Shown here one piece after another: positions 1-9,396 of a stretch of 64,000 nt of DNA. Location: NCBI GenBank assembly GCA_963724295.1, contig CAVRUC010000001.1:128001-192000 (forward strand), in the 5' to 3' direction. Source of the DNA: an uncultured Chloroflexia bacterium. GTDB lineage: Bacteria > Chloroflexota > Chloroflexia > Thermomicrobiales > UBA6265. Every line of letters starts with the position of its first letter. Positions within the stretch are counted from its first letter, which is position 1. The notes below the pieces were generated by a model, which was given only the letters and a program-made list of their open reading frames with translations, had not been told where the DNA came from and did no database searches. Made by a program: the position numbers and the translations under genes.

Positions 1-420
1 TATGCTCCTGTCGCTCACGACGCCCTGGCCAAAGCACCGCCTCTGGCAACGACCGTGCTCGATGCCAAAGCGTTGGCGACGCCGAGCTATGACGCCGCCC
101 CGGTCACGGTGATTCCCCAGGGCACTGAAGTCGAGTTGACGGGTGATGCTGCGCCGGGGTTCCGTGGCGTGTACAACGTCGATGAGGCTGTTTGGGTTCC
201 CGCACAGGTCCTCTCACTCGGCGATCGGCCGGGTATCGACACCGGCGTGACCGTTGCGGATACCCCGTTGCTCGAAGCTCCCATGCCTGACGCACCGGTG
301 CGGCAGATCGTTCTCGAGGGACAGGCCGTCATTCTGACCAGCGCCAGCGTCGACGGCTATGACGCGGCGGCGCATGACGGCTCCGGCGGCTGGATCGACG
401 AGCGAGATCTATCGCGATGA
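1..420 (+). CDS. SH3b-like repeat protein, 5' truncated by window edge
   Basis: Frame 1 is open from position 1. Two similar units (TVIPQGTEVELTG...VWVPAQVL and QIVLEGQAVILTS...GWIDERDL) resemble bacterial SH3 domains. Confidence 0.6.
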   Translation, partial: YAPVAHDALAKAPPLATTVLDAKALATPSYDAAPVTVIPQGTEVELTGDAAPGFRGVYNVDEAVWVPAQVLSLGDRPGIDTGVTVADTPLLEAPMPDAPVRQIVLEGQAVILTSASVDGYDAAAHDGSGGWIDERDLSR

Positions 421-1665
421 GCAACGACCGTGATCCCAAGGGCGTAGTCCGCGGCGAGAGCCCACGCCATCTGCCGCGCAGCGCGGCGGTGGTGGTGATC
501 GGCGGCGGAGTCAACGGCCTGTCGGCCGCATTTCAGCTCGCGAAGCGCGGCGTGCGAGACATCGTCGTCCTCGAGCGTCGCCATCTCGGGTCCGGTGCCA
601 CCGGGAAATCCGGCGCCCTCGTCCGCTGTCACTATGCGAACGTGCCGGAGGCGCGACTCACCCATGAGAGTTTGCGCATCTTTCGCAACTGGGATGAGGT
701 CGTCGGCGCCGGCTCTCCTGGCTTTGCCGCCACCGGGTTCGTTCAGGTCGTAGCTCCGGAACACGAGCAGCGACTGCGCCAGAACGTCGCCGATCAACAA
801 GAGATCGGCATCGAGACCCGCGTGGTTGACCGCGAGGAGCTCCGGGAGATCGATCCGTATCTCTACACCGACGATCTCACGTGTGCTGCCTACGAACCGG
901 GTAGCGGCTTTGCCGACCCGAATGCGACGTTGCACGGGTTCGCTCGCGCGGCAAAGGACCTCAGGGTTCGTGTGTTTGAAGAGACACCGGTCACCTCGAT
1001 CCAGACCGACGGCGGGCGCGTCTCCGGCGTCGAGACTCTTCTTGGCGCGATCTCGACCGACAAGGTACTGGTAGCAGCCGGCTCCTGGGCGGACCAACTC
1101 CTGACGCCGCTGGGAATCGATCTCGGCCTGGAACCGGTGCGCACCCAGGTAGTTGTTTTTCGGTGGCCATCCCAACTCGAAGGCGCCGGTCACCGGGTCG
1201 TCATCGATACGATCAATCACTCGTGGCTGCGCCCGGAGGGGATCAACTCGACGCTGATCGGGGCCGAGCGCAGTGTCTTGACCGCTGATCCCGACGCGCT
1301 CGACGAGTCGGTCGACGCGCGGACCATACCGGTGAGTCGCCAGGCACTGGCGGCGCGGTACCCGCATCTTCGCCAACGCAATCATGCGTGGCGGCTGGTC
1401 CGGCACGTACATGCGCAGCCCGGATGGACACCCGATCATCGATCAGATCCCCTCGCTGCCTGGTCTCTGGGTGATGACTGGCGACAGCGGAACCTCGTTC
1501 AAGACCGCGCCCGCAATCGGAATCTGCCTCGCCGAATGGATCACCGGCGGGGCACCAGAACTGGTCGATCTGACGCCGTTCCGCGCTTCGCGGTTTGCCG
1601 AGGGCGCACCCTGGCTCGATGCGCATTCCTACGGTGACGATCGCCAGCTGACGGTTTCGCGCTAG
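417..1665 (+). CDS. FAD-dependent oxidoreductase (DAO / sarcosine oxidase beta family), apparent +1 frameshift near 1365
   Basis: VIGGGVNG FAD motif, GSGATGKSG, AAGSWA. C-terminal GGWSGTYMRSPDGHPII...SGTSFKTAPAIG lies in ORF 1384-1665. Removing one base at about 1365 gives RYPIFANAIMRG. ATGA overlap with the upstream gene. Confidence 0.85.
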
Positions 1666-1671
1666 TCGGGT

Positions 1672-2685
1672 TCAGCTCTCGTCGGGTGTGTCTCCCCGAC
1701 GCAGACTCGCGTAACTCTCGTAACGTTCTTGCCCGATCTCGCCGGCGTCGACCGCCGCCTGGACAGCGCAACCGGGTTCTGACAGATGTGAGCAATCGGC
1801 ATAGCGGCATTGCCCCAGAAAGGGCCGCATCTCCGGGAAGAACTGGTCGAGCTCGTCAGACGATACCCCCTGCAGCGAGAGGGCGCGAATCCCGGGCGTG
1901 TCCGCGACGAAGGTCTGCGCCTCGCCCGGAATCCGGTGCAGTACGGTGGCCGTGGTGGTATGGCGCCCTTTTCCCGTCGCGGGCGAGATGGCGCCGACCG
2001 CGCGGTCCCGCGCCGGGTCGAGCACGTTGAGCAGGCTCGATTTTCCAACACCAGAAGGCCCAGCGACGGCCGTGATTTTCTCATTGAGCGCCTCGCGCAG
2101 CTCATCGATTCCCTGGCCGGTTTTCGCACTGAGGTAGAAGACCGGGTAGATCTCTTCATAGCGGCCAAAAAGGCTTCCCGCGAGCGACGCCTTGCCGTCC
2201 GCCGTGGCGACATCGAGGTCCATCTTGTTGACACCGATGAGAGCAGGCAGATTTCGCGACTCCGCCATCACCAGAAACCGATCGAGCAGGCGGAGATGCG
2301 GCTCGGGATCCCGCACGGCGAAGAGAAAGAGTGCTTGATCGGGGTTCGCCAGGATGATCTGCTCGACGTCGTTGGTGTGACGGGCGAGGCGGGAGAGCGT
2401 GCGCGTTCTCGGTGCGATCGATTCGATGCGGCCCTCCCCTTCCCCGACATCCCTCACCGACACCCTGTCGCCGACGGCGACGAGGTCGGTGCCGCGGCGC
2501 TGCCGCTTGAGGACACCCTTGATCGTGGAGAGCAACTCTCGACCGTCCGCCAGTTGAACGGTGAAGAACTTGCCGTAGGCACGCACCACCACGCCTGGGA
2601 GCGCCTCCGACGCTGGGGCAGGATTCGGTTCTACGTCCCTCGGATCAAGGACTGATCGTGGCCCGGTTCGTCGCCGCGGGGTCAC
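1672..2685 (-). CDS. rsgA: Ribosome small subunit-dependent GTPase A
   Basis: VAVGDRV OB fold, NKMD, GPSGVGKSS, GRHTTT, DTPG, and CRYADCSHLSEPGC zinc site. Start is uncertain (2685 or 2739). Confidence 0.95.
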   Translation of the reverse strand: MTPRRRTGPRSVLDPRDVEPNPAPASEALPGVVVRAYGKFFTVQLADGRELLSTIKGVLKRQRRGTDLVAVGDRVSVRDVGEGEGRIESIAPRTRTLSRLARHTNDVEQIILANPDQALFLFAVRDPEPHLRLLDRFLVMAESRNLPALIGVNKMDLDVATADGKASLAGSLFGRYEEIYPVFYLSAKTGQGIDELREALNEKITAVAGPSGVGKSSLLNVLDPARDRAVGAISPATGKGRHTTTATVLHRIPGEAQTFVADTPGIRALSLQGVSSDELDQFFPEMRPFLGQCRYADCSHLSEPGCAVQAAVDAGEIGQERYESYASLRRGDTPDES

Positions 2686-2753
2686 CGGCGTCCTATCGCG
2701 TTCGACGAAAAATGGTTGGGACCCGCCGCACGGAGACAATCGCGGGACGCGGC

Positions 2754-2779
2754 AAGGGGGCGCCTTCCGGCGCCCCCTT
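2754..2779 (-). terminator. Stem-loop downstream of the Cys-rich gene
   Basis: AAGGGGGCGCC-TTCC-GGCGCCCCCTT, a perfect 11-bp stem. Confidence 0.6.
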
Positions 2780-2806
2780 TACCAATGTGGAACACACGAG
2801 CTCGCA

Positions 2807-4198
2807 CTAGGCGCAGACGCCTCCCTGACAGAGGAGTCCTGAGCAGCAATGACTGCCAGCACTGCAGGCGCCGCCCTCGAAGCGGCAGCAGTTGAGACTG
2901 CCGTCGCTGTCGATGCCGTTGTTGCGGCAGAAGGAGGCTCCGCCGACCGCCGTGCACTCCGCGTCAGCCGCGCACGCCCCGCCGAGGGCGATGTTGCCGC
3001 CACCGAGGCTGCTACCACCAATCGGTTGACAGACACCGCCAGTACAATCGTGCCCACCGCAACACTGGGATCCAGCGGAGCAGCCGCCACCCTCATAACG
3101 GCAGCAGTTCAGCGGACCATCGCTGGCGATTCCATTGTCGTCGCAGAAGACCGCGCCCCCGACCTGGCTGCATTCGCCCGAATGGGCGCACTGCCCACCG
3201 AGCCCGATGGTGCCACCGCCGCCGCCCGTGGTTCCGCAGACCCCATTCGTGCACTGTAGACCACCGCAGCAGACCTCGTTGCGATCGCACCAGCCACCAT
3301 TGTTGTGGCAGCAGTTCAAGGTGCCGTCGAAGTCGATCCCATTCGATGCGCAAACTGCCGCCCCCGCTGACTGGCTGCACTGTCCGGTCTGCGTGCATTC
3401 CGCGCCAAGCGCCAGCCCACCAGTTCGGTTGTTTGTGCAGAGACCATTGACGCAGTAGAGTCCGCCGCAGCACCCAGCGCTGTAGTCGCCGCCGGAACAG
3501 GCGCCGCCCTCGTTGCGGCAGCAATTCAACGGACCATCGCCGTCATAGCCGTTGTCGGCGCAGACCGTCGCTCCACCGCTCTGACTGCACTGACTGGACG
3601 ACGTGCACTGCGCCCCGGGAGCAAGTCCACCCGACGGCGTCGTTCCCGATGACGTGCCTCCACAGGTGCCGTTCACACAGAAGAGATTCGCACAGCATTG
3701 CACGTCGTTCGAGCAAGCGCCGCCAGAATTGCGGCAGCAGTTGCGCGCGCCGTCGGCAGCGATACCGTTGCTGGCGCAGACGACCGATCCACCGGTCTGG
3801 CTACATTCGCTGGTCGCCGTGCACTCGGCCCCGAGCGCCCGCCCACCTGTGCTTACGCCGCCACCGCATGTGCCACTCAGGCAGACCGCCCCACCACAGC
3901 AGTGGAAGTCCGCGGTGCACCCGCCTCCGGCGTTGCGGCAGCAATTGAACTGACCGTCGCGAATAATGCCGTTGTCGCTACAAACGACCGCGCCCCCTGC
4001 CTGGCTGCACTCGGAGTTGGCGCCGAGCGCGGAACATTGTCCGCCGAGCGGAACCGTGTTCTGTGCCTGCGCCAGCCGCGGCATACCGATCGGGAGCCAC
4101 GCTGCCGCCACCGTGGCGGCAAGTCCCTTCAGCACGCTACGCCGAGAGGTTCCGGCGGCGACCGCCCGCGCTACTTCGTCAAAACGAAACCCGTCCAT
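2807..4198 (-). CDS. Tat-signal Cys/Gly-rich protein with six 10-Cys repeats
   Basis: SRRSVLK twin-arginine motif, hydrophobic stretch and AQA site. Six units of C-C-C-x-(D/S/N)NG..DG..NCC..GG.C..CC..C..G.C. GGAG SD upstream. Confidence 0.85.
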   Translation of the reverse strand: MDGFRFDEVARAVAAGTSRRSVLKGLAATVAAAWLPIGMPRLAQAQNTVPLGGQCSALGANSECSQAGGAVVCSDNGIIRDGQFNCCRNAGGGCTADFHCCGGAVCLSGTCGGGVSTGGRALGAECTATSECSQTGGSVVCASNGIAADGARNCCRNSGGACSNDVQCCANLFCVNGTCGGTSSGTTPSGGLAPGAQCTSSSQCSQSGGATVCADNGYDGDGPLNCCRNEGGACSGGDYSAGCCGGLYCVNGLCTNNRTGGLALGAECTQTGQCSQSAGAAVCASNGIDFDGTLNCCHNNGGWCDRNEVCCGGLQCTNGVCGTTGGGGGTIGLGGQCAHSGECSQVGGAVFCDDNGIASDGPLNCCRYEGGGCSAGSQCCGGHDCTGGVCQPIGGSSLGGGNIALGGACAADAECTAVGGASFCRNNGIDSDGSLNCCRFEGGACSAGSHCCSGLLCQGGVCA

Positions 4199-4507
4199 GC
4201 TGGCGTCTTTCTCCTCCAGCCCGCCCGAAGTCGCGGACCCCGACTCCCCTCTTGCCCTGGAACCCGTCGCTCAACGCCAATGCCAGGGAAGCGTTCCGCA
4301 CCGCACGGCGGAACCGGGCATGGCGTTCGCGCAGCGCGGGACGCGGACGAGTCTTCCTGTTGATGTCAACGCGGGACGGGGCGGCGGCGTTTCCACTGGA
4401 AAAGCGGGGATTCTCCCGGGCGATCATAGGTCGGCCAGTTCCCATGTGTCAACACCGGGCCACGTTCGCCCAGCATGTCCGTACAGGCACCAGGCACCGT
4501 GCGCTGG

Positions 4508-5317
4508 CTACGGTAAGTAGTGGGTCCAGGCTCGCGAACCGAATCGCTCCCGGGCTCGTTCCTCGGCCTCCGCGAACTCATCAGGATGAAGCGCGTCCTC
4601 TTCGAGCCCGAAGCGCCGCCGGAACTGCTCGACCATGTGCTCGATGATGGCTTCTCGCGGCAGATTGGTCTGCTGGCGTAGCGGCGCCACCCGCTTGTCG
4701 GCGGAAGTGACTCCCTTGTCGCTCAGTTTCTCTTTGCCGGTGCGCAGAACCTCGAGCAGCAGAGGGAGGTTCATGTCATAGGCCATGGTGGTGTGATGAA
4801 GCACGGCGCCGTCGCGGCGCGCCTGTGCGGCGCCGCCGATCTTGCCGGCGCCAGAGGTAATGTCGTTGAGCGGCGCATACCACGCGTCGATGCCCAGCTC
4901 TCGCAACGCGTCGACGACCCAGGCGTCAAAGAAGCGGTACGACTCCGCGAAGGTCATCCCGGCGGTTATCGACTCTGGTGCGTACAGTGACCAGGTAATC
5001 GCGCCTTCGGGCTCGATGAACATGGCGCCGCCACCGCTGATGCGCCGCACAATCTCGATCCCTCGGCGAGTCGCGGCCTCCTCGTCGACCTCGTTGCGCA
5101 CCGACTGAAATCGCCCCAGAACCACGCAGGGCGCGTTCCAGCCCCAGATGCGCAGTGTTGGCTGGCGCACTCCCGCTCCAACCCGCTCGACGAGCACCTC
5201 ATCGAGCGCCATGTTCAGCAACGGGGGTCGCCTCACCGCGGGCAGCAGCTTCCAAGGCAAAGCGCTCCAGCGCGCCGAGTCTTCCAGGGTCATCGACGAC
5301 GCGTCAGCCACCGTCAT
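4508..5317 (-). CDS. lplA: Lipoate-protein ligase A family, catalytic domain
   Basis: NMALDE, VVLGRFQ, VRRISGGGAM, NDI, KIGGAAQ, HHTT motifs. Confidence 0.9.
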   Translation of the reverse strand: MTVADASSMTLEDSARWSALPWKLLPAVRRPPLLNMALDEVLVERVGAGVRQPTLRIWGWNAPCVVLGRFQSVRNEVDEEAATRRGIEIVRRISGGGAMFIEPEGAITWSLYAPESITAGMTFAESYRFFDAWVVDALRELGIDAWYAPLNDITSGAGKIGGAAQARRDGAVLHHTTMAYDMNLPLLLEVLRTGKEKLSDKGVTSADKRVAPLRQQTNLPREAIIEHMVEQFRRRFGLEEDALHPDEFAEAEERARERFGSRAWTHYLP

Positions 5318-5618
5318 CCCGTTCAAGCGCGGGACGACTCCGCAGCGCGCGGACAACTGCCACCGCCAGCGCTTCCGGGGATGACCCGACCAATTCGGCC
5401 CGGGTATCGAGCGCGGTCCGGATGCACGCCGCATAGCTGCCTTCGTCAAGCGAGACGGGGGCGTTTTCGAGAGCGCGTGCCAGGACAGGCAGCGCTTCTT
5501 CCGGGTAGAGAAAGAAATCGCCGGTAACCACGACGTTGCGCAGCTCGCCGCCCACGACGTCGAATTCAACGGCGATCAGCTTGCCGCCCGGTGTCTTGAA
5601 CTCTCCCCGGCTCGTCAT
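5304..5618 (-). CDS. Lipoate ligase accessory domain (LplB / LplA C-terminal-like) as a separate ORF
   Basis: KTPGGKLIAV and VTGDFFLYPEEAL motifs. Overlaps the catalytic ORF by 14 nt. Confidence 0.8.
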   Translation of the reverse strand: MTSRGEFKTPGGKLIAVEFDVVGGELRNVVVTGDFFLYPEEALPVLARALENAPVSLDEGSYAACIRTALDTRAELVGSSPEALAVAVVRALRSRPALERDDGG

Positions 5619-5669
5619 GCGGATGATGTCGCGGCCGGCTTCGCGCGCCGGGCACCGCGACTATTCGGA

Positions 5670-6101
5670 TCAGGACCCGGACACACTCTCACGGAGCTGA
5701 CGCCGCTGCCGCTCGTCATATTCGACATGTCGCTCGATCTCGTCAGCCAGCGTGATCTCGCTGCCGGTTTCATCGATTGCGCCACGGGTCCAGTCCTTCA
5801 AGGAGAGGTTGATCAACAGCGAGACGAGGTCGCCGCGGGCGACCTCCATCTCCGCCAGCAGCGCGGACAGATCTTCATCGTCCGCGGCTTCGCTGATGCG
5901 CAACGCCGGCAGATTGGGGGTGTCCTCGCGCGTGATGGCTTGCACCCTCTCCAGGATCGCGCGATCCCGGTTCCGGGTCTCCGCCACGAGACGCTTCGTC
6001 TCCGGCGACGTGTCAGACGCGCCAGACGCTTCGACCAGCTCCCGAATTTCGGAGGGCGTGCTGAGCAGATCGTCGATCAGATCCCGGTAGGCGTCGAGCA
6101 T
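5670..6101 (-). CDS. DinB/YfiT-like helical protein, degenerate
   Basis: L..TP..I, ITREDTP.LP, R..LV.LL..L...DW.R pattern of DinB_2 proteins. The His ligands are not conserved. Confidence 0.5.
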   Translation of the reverse strand: MLDAYRDLIDDLLSTPSEIRELVEASGASDTSPETKRLVAETRNRDRAILERVQAITREDTPNLPALRISEAADDEDLSALLAEMEVARGDLVSLLINLSLKDWTRGAIDETGSEITLADEIERHVEYDERQRRQLRESVSGS

Positions 6102-6126
6102 GGTGGTTCTGGTCGCCCGCGCCGAC

Positions 6127-7071
6127 CTAGACCGGAATCAACGGCACGGAGCCGATGACCGCGATTTCCCAGTTCACGTTGAAGGGATCCCTGAAGGTGA
6201 ACGTTGCAATCCCCGATCGCAAGACCGTCAGTGGCCGCATCAAGACCTCGCCTTTGAAAGCGGCGAAGGTGTGCGAATCGACTCCCAGCGATACGGTCTC
6301 CAGCGCACCCTGACCCAGGAGCACGCCAAGCCCCACCCGCTGCGCGGCGAGGGTCAACGGTCCGTTCGAGAGGAAGGACGTGTCCGCCAGCTCGCCTGAC
6401 TGAAGGGCTCGATCCCAGGAATAATCAGTCGGCAGCGGCAGCAACGTCCCATCGGGACCGCGGCGCACGCGGCCGAGGAGCTGCATGGCGAAAAAGTCCT
6501 GGTAAAACTGCTCGGCTTTGCGGAGATCGTTGACCTGGACCAACACGTAGTTGATGGCGCGAATCTGGAGAGCGCTGGCGGGTTCCCCGGTCGGCAACAT
6601 CTCCCCGGCCTCGTGGCCTCGGTCGGCGACCGCAACCGGCGCGGCTTCAGATGTCATATCCGAGCCCGGCTCAAACTCGGAAGCGCCCGGCCCGACCGAA
6701 TACCGCGGGGTCTTGGCCATCGGCTCGTGGTCGCCGATGTGCGGGATCGTGCGCTCGACCCACGGCTGGTCGCGCCGGATGAGCGCAACCATGCGCGCGC
6801 GATCGACAGTCCCCAACGGATACCGCTCACCCCCGTGCAGCACCATCCGCACGTCGGGACGCGGCGCTTCGCTGGCTTCGTACCAGTCGAAGAGCGAGTC
6901 GACGACGCGCAGTGAATGAGCGGCAACCGTCATATCGAGGTACGGATCGTCGACACCCAGTCCGTGCGACGGACGAACCACCAGCACCTGCGTGTCGGCG
7001 ACACGCTCGACGGCGATACTCGCCGCCTCGGCCAGCGACTCTGGCACCTCCAGCAAGAACCGGTAGGCCAT
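6127..7071 (-). CDS. Unknown N-terminal domain plus C-terminal VOC/glyoxalase domain
   Basis: INYVLVQVNDLRKAEQFYQDFFAM and FTFRDPFNVNWEI. GGAGG SD and a TACAAT -10-like site upstream. Confidence 0.7.
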   Translation of the reverse strand: MAYRFLLEVPESLAEAASIAVERVADTQVLVVRPSHGLGVDDPYLDMTVAAHSLRVVDSLFDWYEASEAPRPDVRMVLHGGERYPLGTVDRARMVALIRRDQPWVERTIPHIGDHEPMAKTPRYSVGPGASEFEPGSDMTSEAAPVAVADRGHEAGEMLPTGEPASALQIRAINYVLVQVNDLRKAEQFYQDFFAMQLLGRVRRGPDGTLLPLPTDYSWDRALQSGELADTSFLSNGPLTLAAQRVGLGVLLGQGALETVSLGVDSHTFAAFKGEVLMRPLTVLRSGIATFTFRDPFNVNWEIAVIGSVPLIPV

Positions 7072-7336
7072 CCCGCCCGTTCCCTCCGCCCGCCGACCGT
7101 CGATCGGTCTCTCATGCGCACACCGTCTAACGCCGCATGTCGGCGGATTGTACCGTACCCGTCCCGGCCGCCTCCGGTTGGCCGCGGTGACTTTGAGGCT
7201 CTTGCGATCAGCCTGACCGATCGGTACTGTTTTCGGTATCTGGAGATCCCCCCGCGATACGTCACTCCCCTTCCTCGCGTTACGGCCCATATGAGCGCCA
7301 GGGTCGCCCCGGTCCAGGGGCGCGGAAGGAGGAGCC

Positions 7337-7855
7337 GTGGTTCAGGATGTCAAGAGCAGCGCGGTCCCGCGCTCGAGCGTCGCTCGAGCCATTCGTCGCC
7401 GCGACGCGATTGGTGCGGCGATGCTGGTCGCGCTGGGTCTGACCACGAGCGGCGCGGGGTGGCGCATGGCGGACGCCGCAAGCAACGGCAACGAAGTAGT
7501 CCGGGTGGCGAAAAAGTACAAGGGAGCACAATACAAGTCGGGAGGAGCATCACCAAAGGGGTTCGACTGCTCCGGGTTCACCTGGTACGTCTACAAGAAG
7601 GCCACCGGGAAGGACATCACCCGCGGCGTAGAGGAGCAATGGAAGCACGGGCGTTCTGTCGGTCGTGGCAAATGGCGACCCGGCGATCTCGTCTTCTTCG
7701 AGAACACCTTCGAGCGCGGCTTGTCGCACGTCGGTATCTACATCAGTGGGGATGATTTCATCCACGCCGAGAACGAGAAGACGGGCGTCGTCATCTCGAG
7801 TCTGGACTCGGACTACTACAGGAAACACTATGCGGGAGCGCGCCGTCTCCTCTGA
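7337..7855 (+). CDS. NlpC/P60 (C40) peptidase with N-terminal signal or anchor
   Basis: GFDCSGFT catalytic Cys, PGDLVFF, SHVGIY, FIHA. AAGGAGGAG SD. Confidence 0.92.
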   Translation: MVQDVKSSAVPRSSVARAIRRRDAIGAAMLVALGLTTSGAGWRMADAASNGNEVVRVAKKYKGAQYKSGGASPKGFDCSGFTWYVYKKATGKDITRGVEEQWKHGRSVGRGKWRPGDLVFFENTFERGLSHVGIYISGDDFIHAENEKTGVVISSLDSDYYRKHYAGARRLL

Positions 7856-7897
7856 GCTCCCTGGAAGGGTGCCCGATGGAGACGGCGCGCCAGGCGG

Positions 7898-9220
7898 CTA
7901 GAATTCGTCGTCGTAGCCTTGCAGATCGCGCACCAACTCCTGGACTTGGACCGACGCTTCATTGGCCAGCCGCAGGACCCGATCGCGGCGTTCCGCATCG
8001 AGCAGGGCATAGAGCGCCAGTCCGATCCCGGCTCCAGCCCAGAACAGCCCCGCCTTGCCGTGGTGTTCTTCGCCGGCAAGATCCTCTTCCTTGACGTCTG
8101 TCTTTGTCTCTTCGGCCGTGGCGGCAGCGGCATCGGTGGCATCGTGTGATGCTCGCCAGAAGCGACGCTTGCCGTTGGCGCTAATGGTCTCAGCGCGTTG
8201 CTCGACTTCGCCGGCGGTATCTCGAGCCTCCTCCTCGGCACGCTCCAACTGCTCAGCGACTTCAGCGGCAAGTCCCTGTGACCTGTCTCGAATCTCGCTC
8301 GCCGCTGCTCGAGCGCGATCCTCGGCCTCATCAACGGCTTTGCTCGATTCACGGCTCAAGTCCAGCTTGCCGAGGGCAGCGACGGCCGCTTGAACTGCCG
8401 AATCGCGCAGTGACGGTCCGAGCTCCTTTTGCAGGATCTCCGCGACCTGGGCCTTGTTCCTGGCCGCCAGCAGCGCCGGCGCCTTGGCTCGTAGCGTGCG
8501 CTCGATCTGCCCCAATGCCGCCGCGGTCGCCTCAGAGGCCACGAGCTCCGCGATTGGGCCGCTCTTTCCCGCAAACCGGGAGGTGAGGCTGGATGCTTCT
8601 TTGTCCACCCTCTGGCCGGACTTCCGGAGGTGTTCCTTGAGCTCGTCGATCTCAGCGCGCAGCCGCTCCACTTCGCGCTCGACCGTGCCCTCATCCTCCG
8701 CGCGGTGGCGAAGCTGAGCGAACTTTTCTTTCCCCTCGCCGGCCAGGTTGCGCGCTTCCGCGCCAAACCAGGACGCGAGGTGGGTTGCATCGTCGACTAC
8801 TCGATGACCGGCCGCGCGCAGCCTGCTCTCGGCCTCTTTCGCCTCCTGCTGCGCATCCCAGGCAGCAGCTTTGAGATCCCTCTCGGCAGCCTTAGCTTCG
8901 GCGCTCACATGTTCGGCCGCGTCTCGTACCTCACCGGCGCCGTGGCGCCATGTCGAAACCGCTGCCGCGGCGAGTTCCTTTCGCTTCTTCTTGGCGGCCT
9001 TCGCCGCTTTCTTCGACTCCTGCTTTGCGTCCGCGACGACGTCCTCGACCCGCGCCGCGACGACGTCGGCCCGCGTCGCCAGGCCCTCATCCTCCCGGCG
9101 GCGGATCAACGCGACCAGGAGGGCAGCGACCGCGGCGCTGCCGACGGACAGCAGAATGACTTTTCGATTGAGATCGTCATCATGCTCTTGCATGAGATCC
9201 ATCCATTTCCGGCCGGGCAC
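7898..9220 (-). CDS. Ala/Glu/Lys-rich coiled-coil hypothetical protein with hydrophobic segments at both ends
   Basis: Long amphipathic helical composition. N-terminal LSVGSAAVAALLVALI and C-terminal GLFWAGAGIGLALYALL (YtxH-like tail). Confidence 0.7.
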   Translation of the reverse strand: MPGRKWMDLMQEHDDDLNRKVILLSVGSAAVAALLVALIRRREDEGLATRADVVAARVEDVVADAKQESKKAAKAAKKKRKELAAAAVSTWRHGAGEVRDAAEHVSAEAKAAERDLKAAAWDAQQEAKEAESRLRAAGHRVVDDATHLASWFGAEARNLAGEGKEKFAQLRHRAEDEGTVEREVERLRAEIDELKEHLRKSGQRVDKEASSLTSRFAGKSGPIAELVASEATAAALGQIERTLRAKAPALLAARNKAQVAEILQKELGPSLRDSAVQAAVAALGKLDLSRESSKAVDEAEDRARAAASEIRDRSQGLAAEVAEQLERAEEEARDTAGEVEQRAETISANGKRRFWRASHDATDAAAATAEETKTDVKEEDLAGEEHHGKAGLFWAGAGIGLALYALLDAERRDRVLRLANEASVQVQELVRDLQGYDDEF

Positions 9221-9396
9221 CTAACAGCACCCGGTCTCTCGTAACTTCGGATACATTGTCTGGCACCATTGTACCCGGTCCCGTCGGATGTTCCGGAAGT
9301 GGCCACCTCCGTTGCGCCAGTCGATGCGGCAGACCATACTTCCGCGTCGCTCTCGATCGCGGTCGCCCATCCCGCTCTGCGGATCAGGGGAATGGA

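Noticed and set aside
2807..4198. RiPP precursor cluster or eukaryotic contamination
   Set aside because: No adjacent radical SAM, LanM or peptidase-transporter genes. The gene has a bacterial SD, a Tat leader and GC usage like its neighbours.
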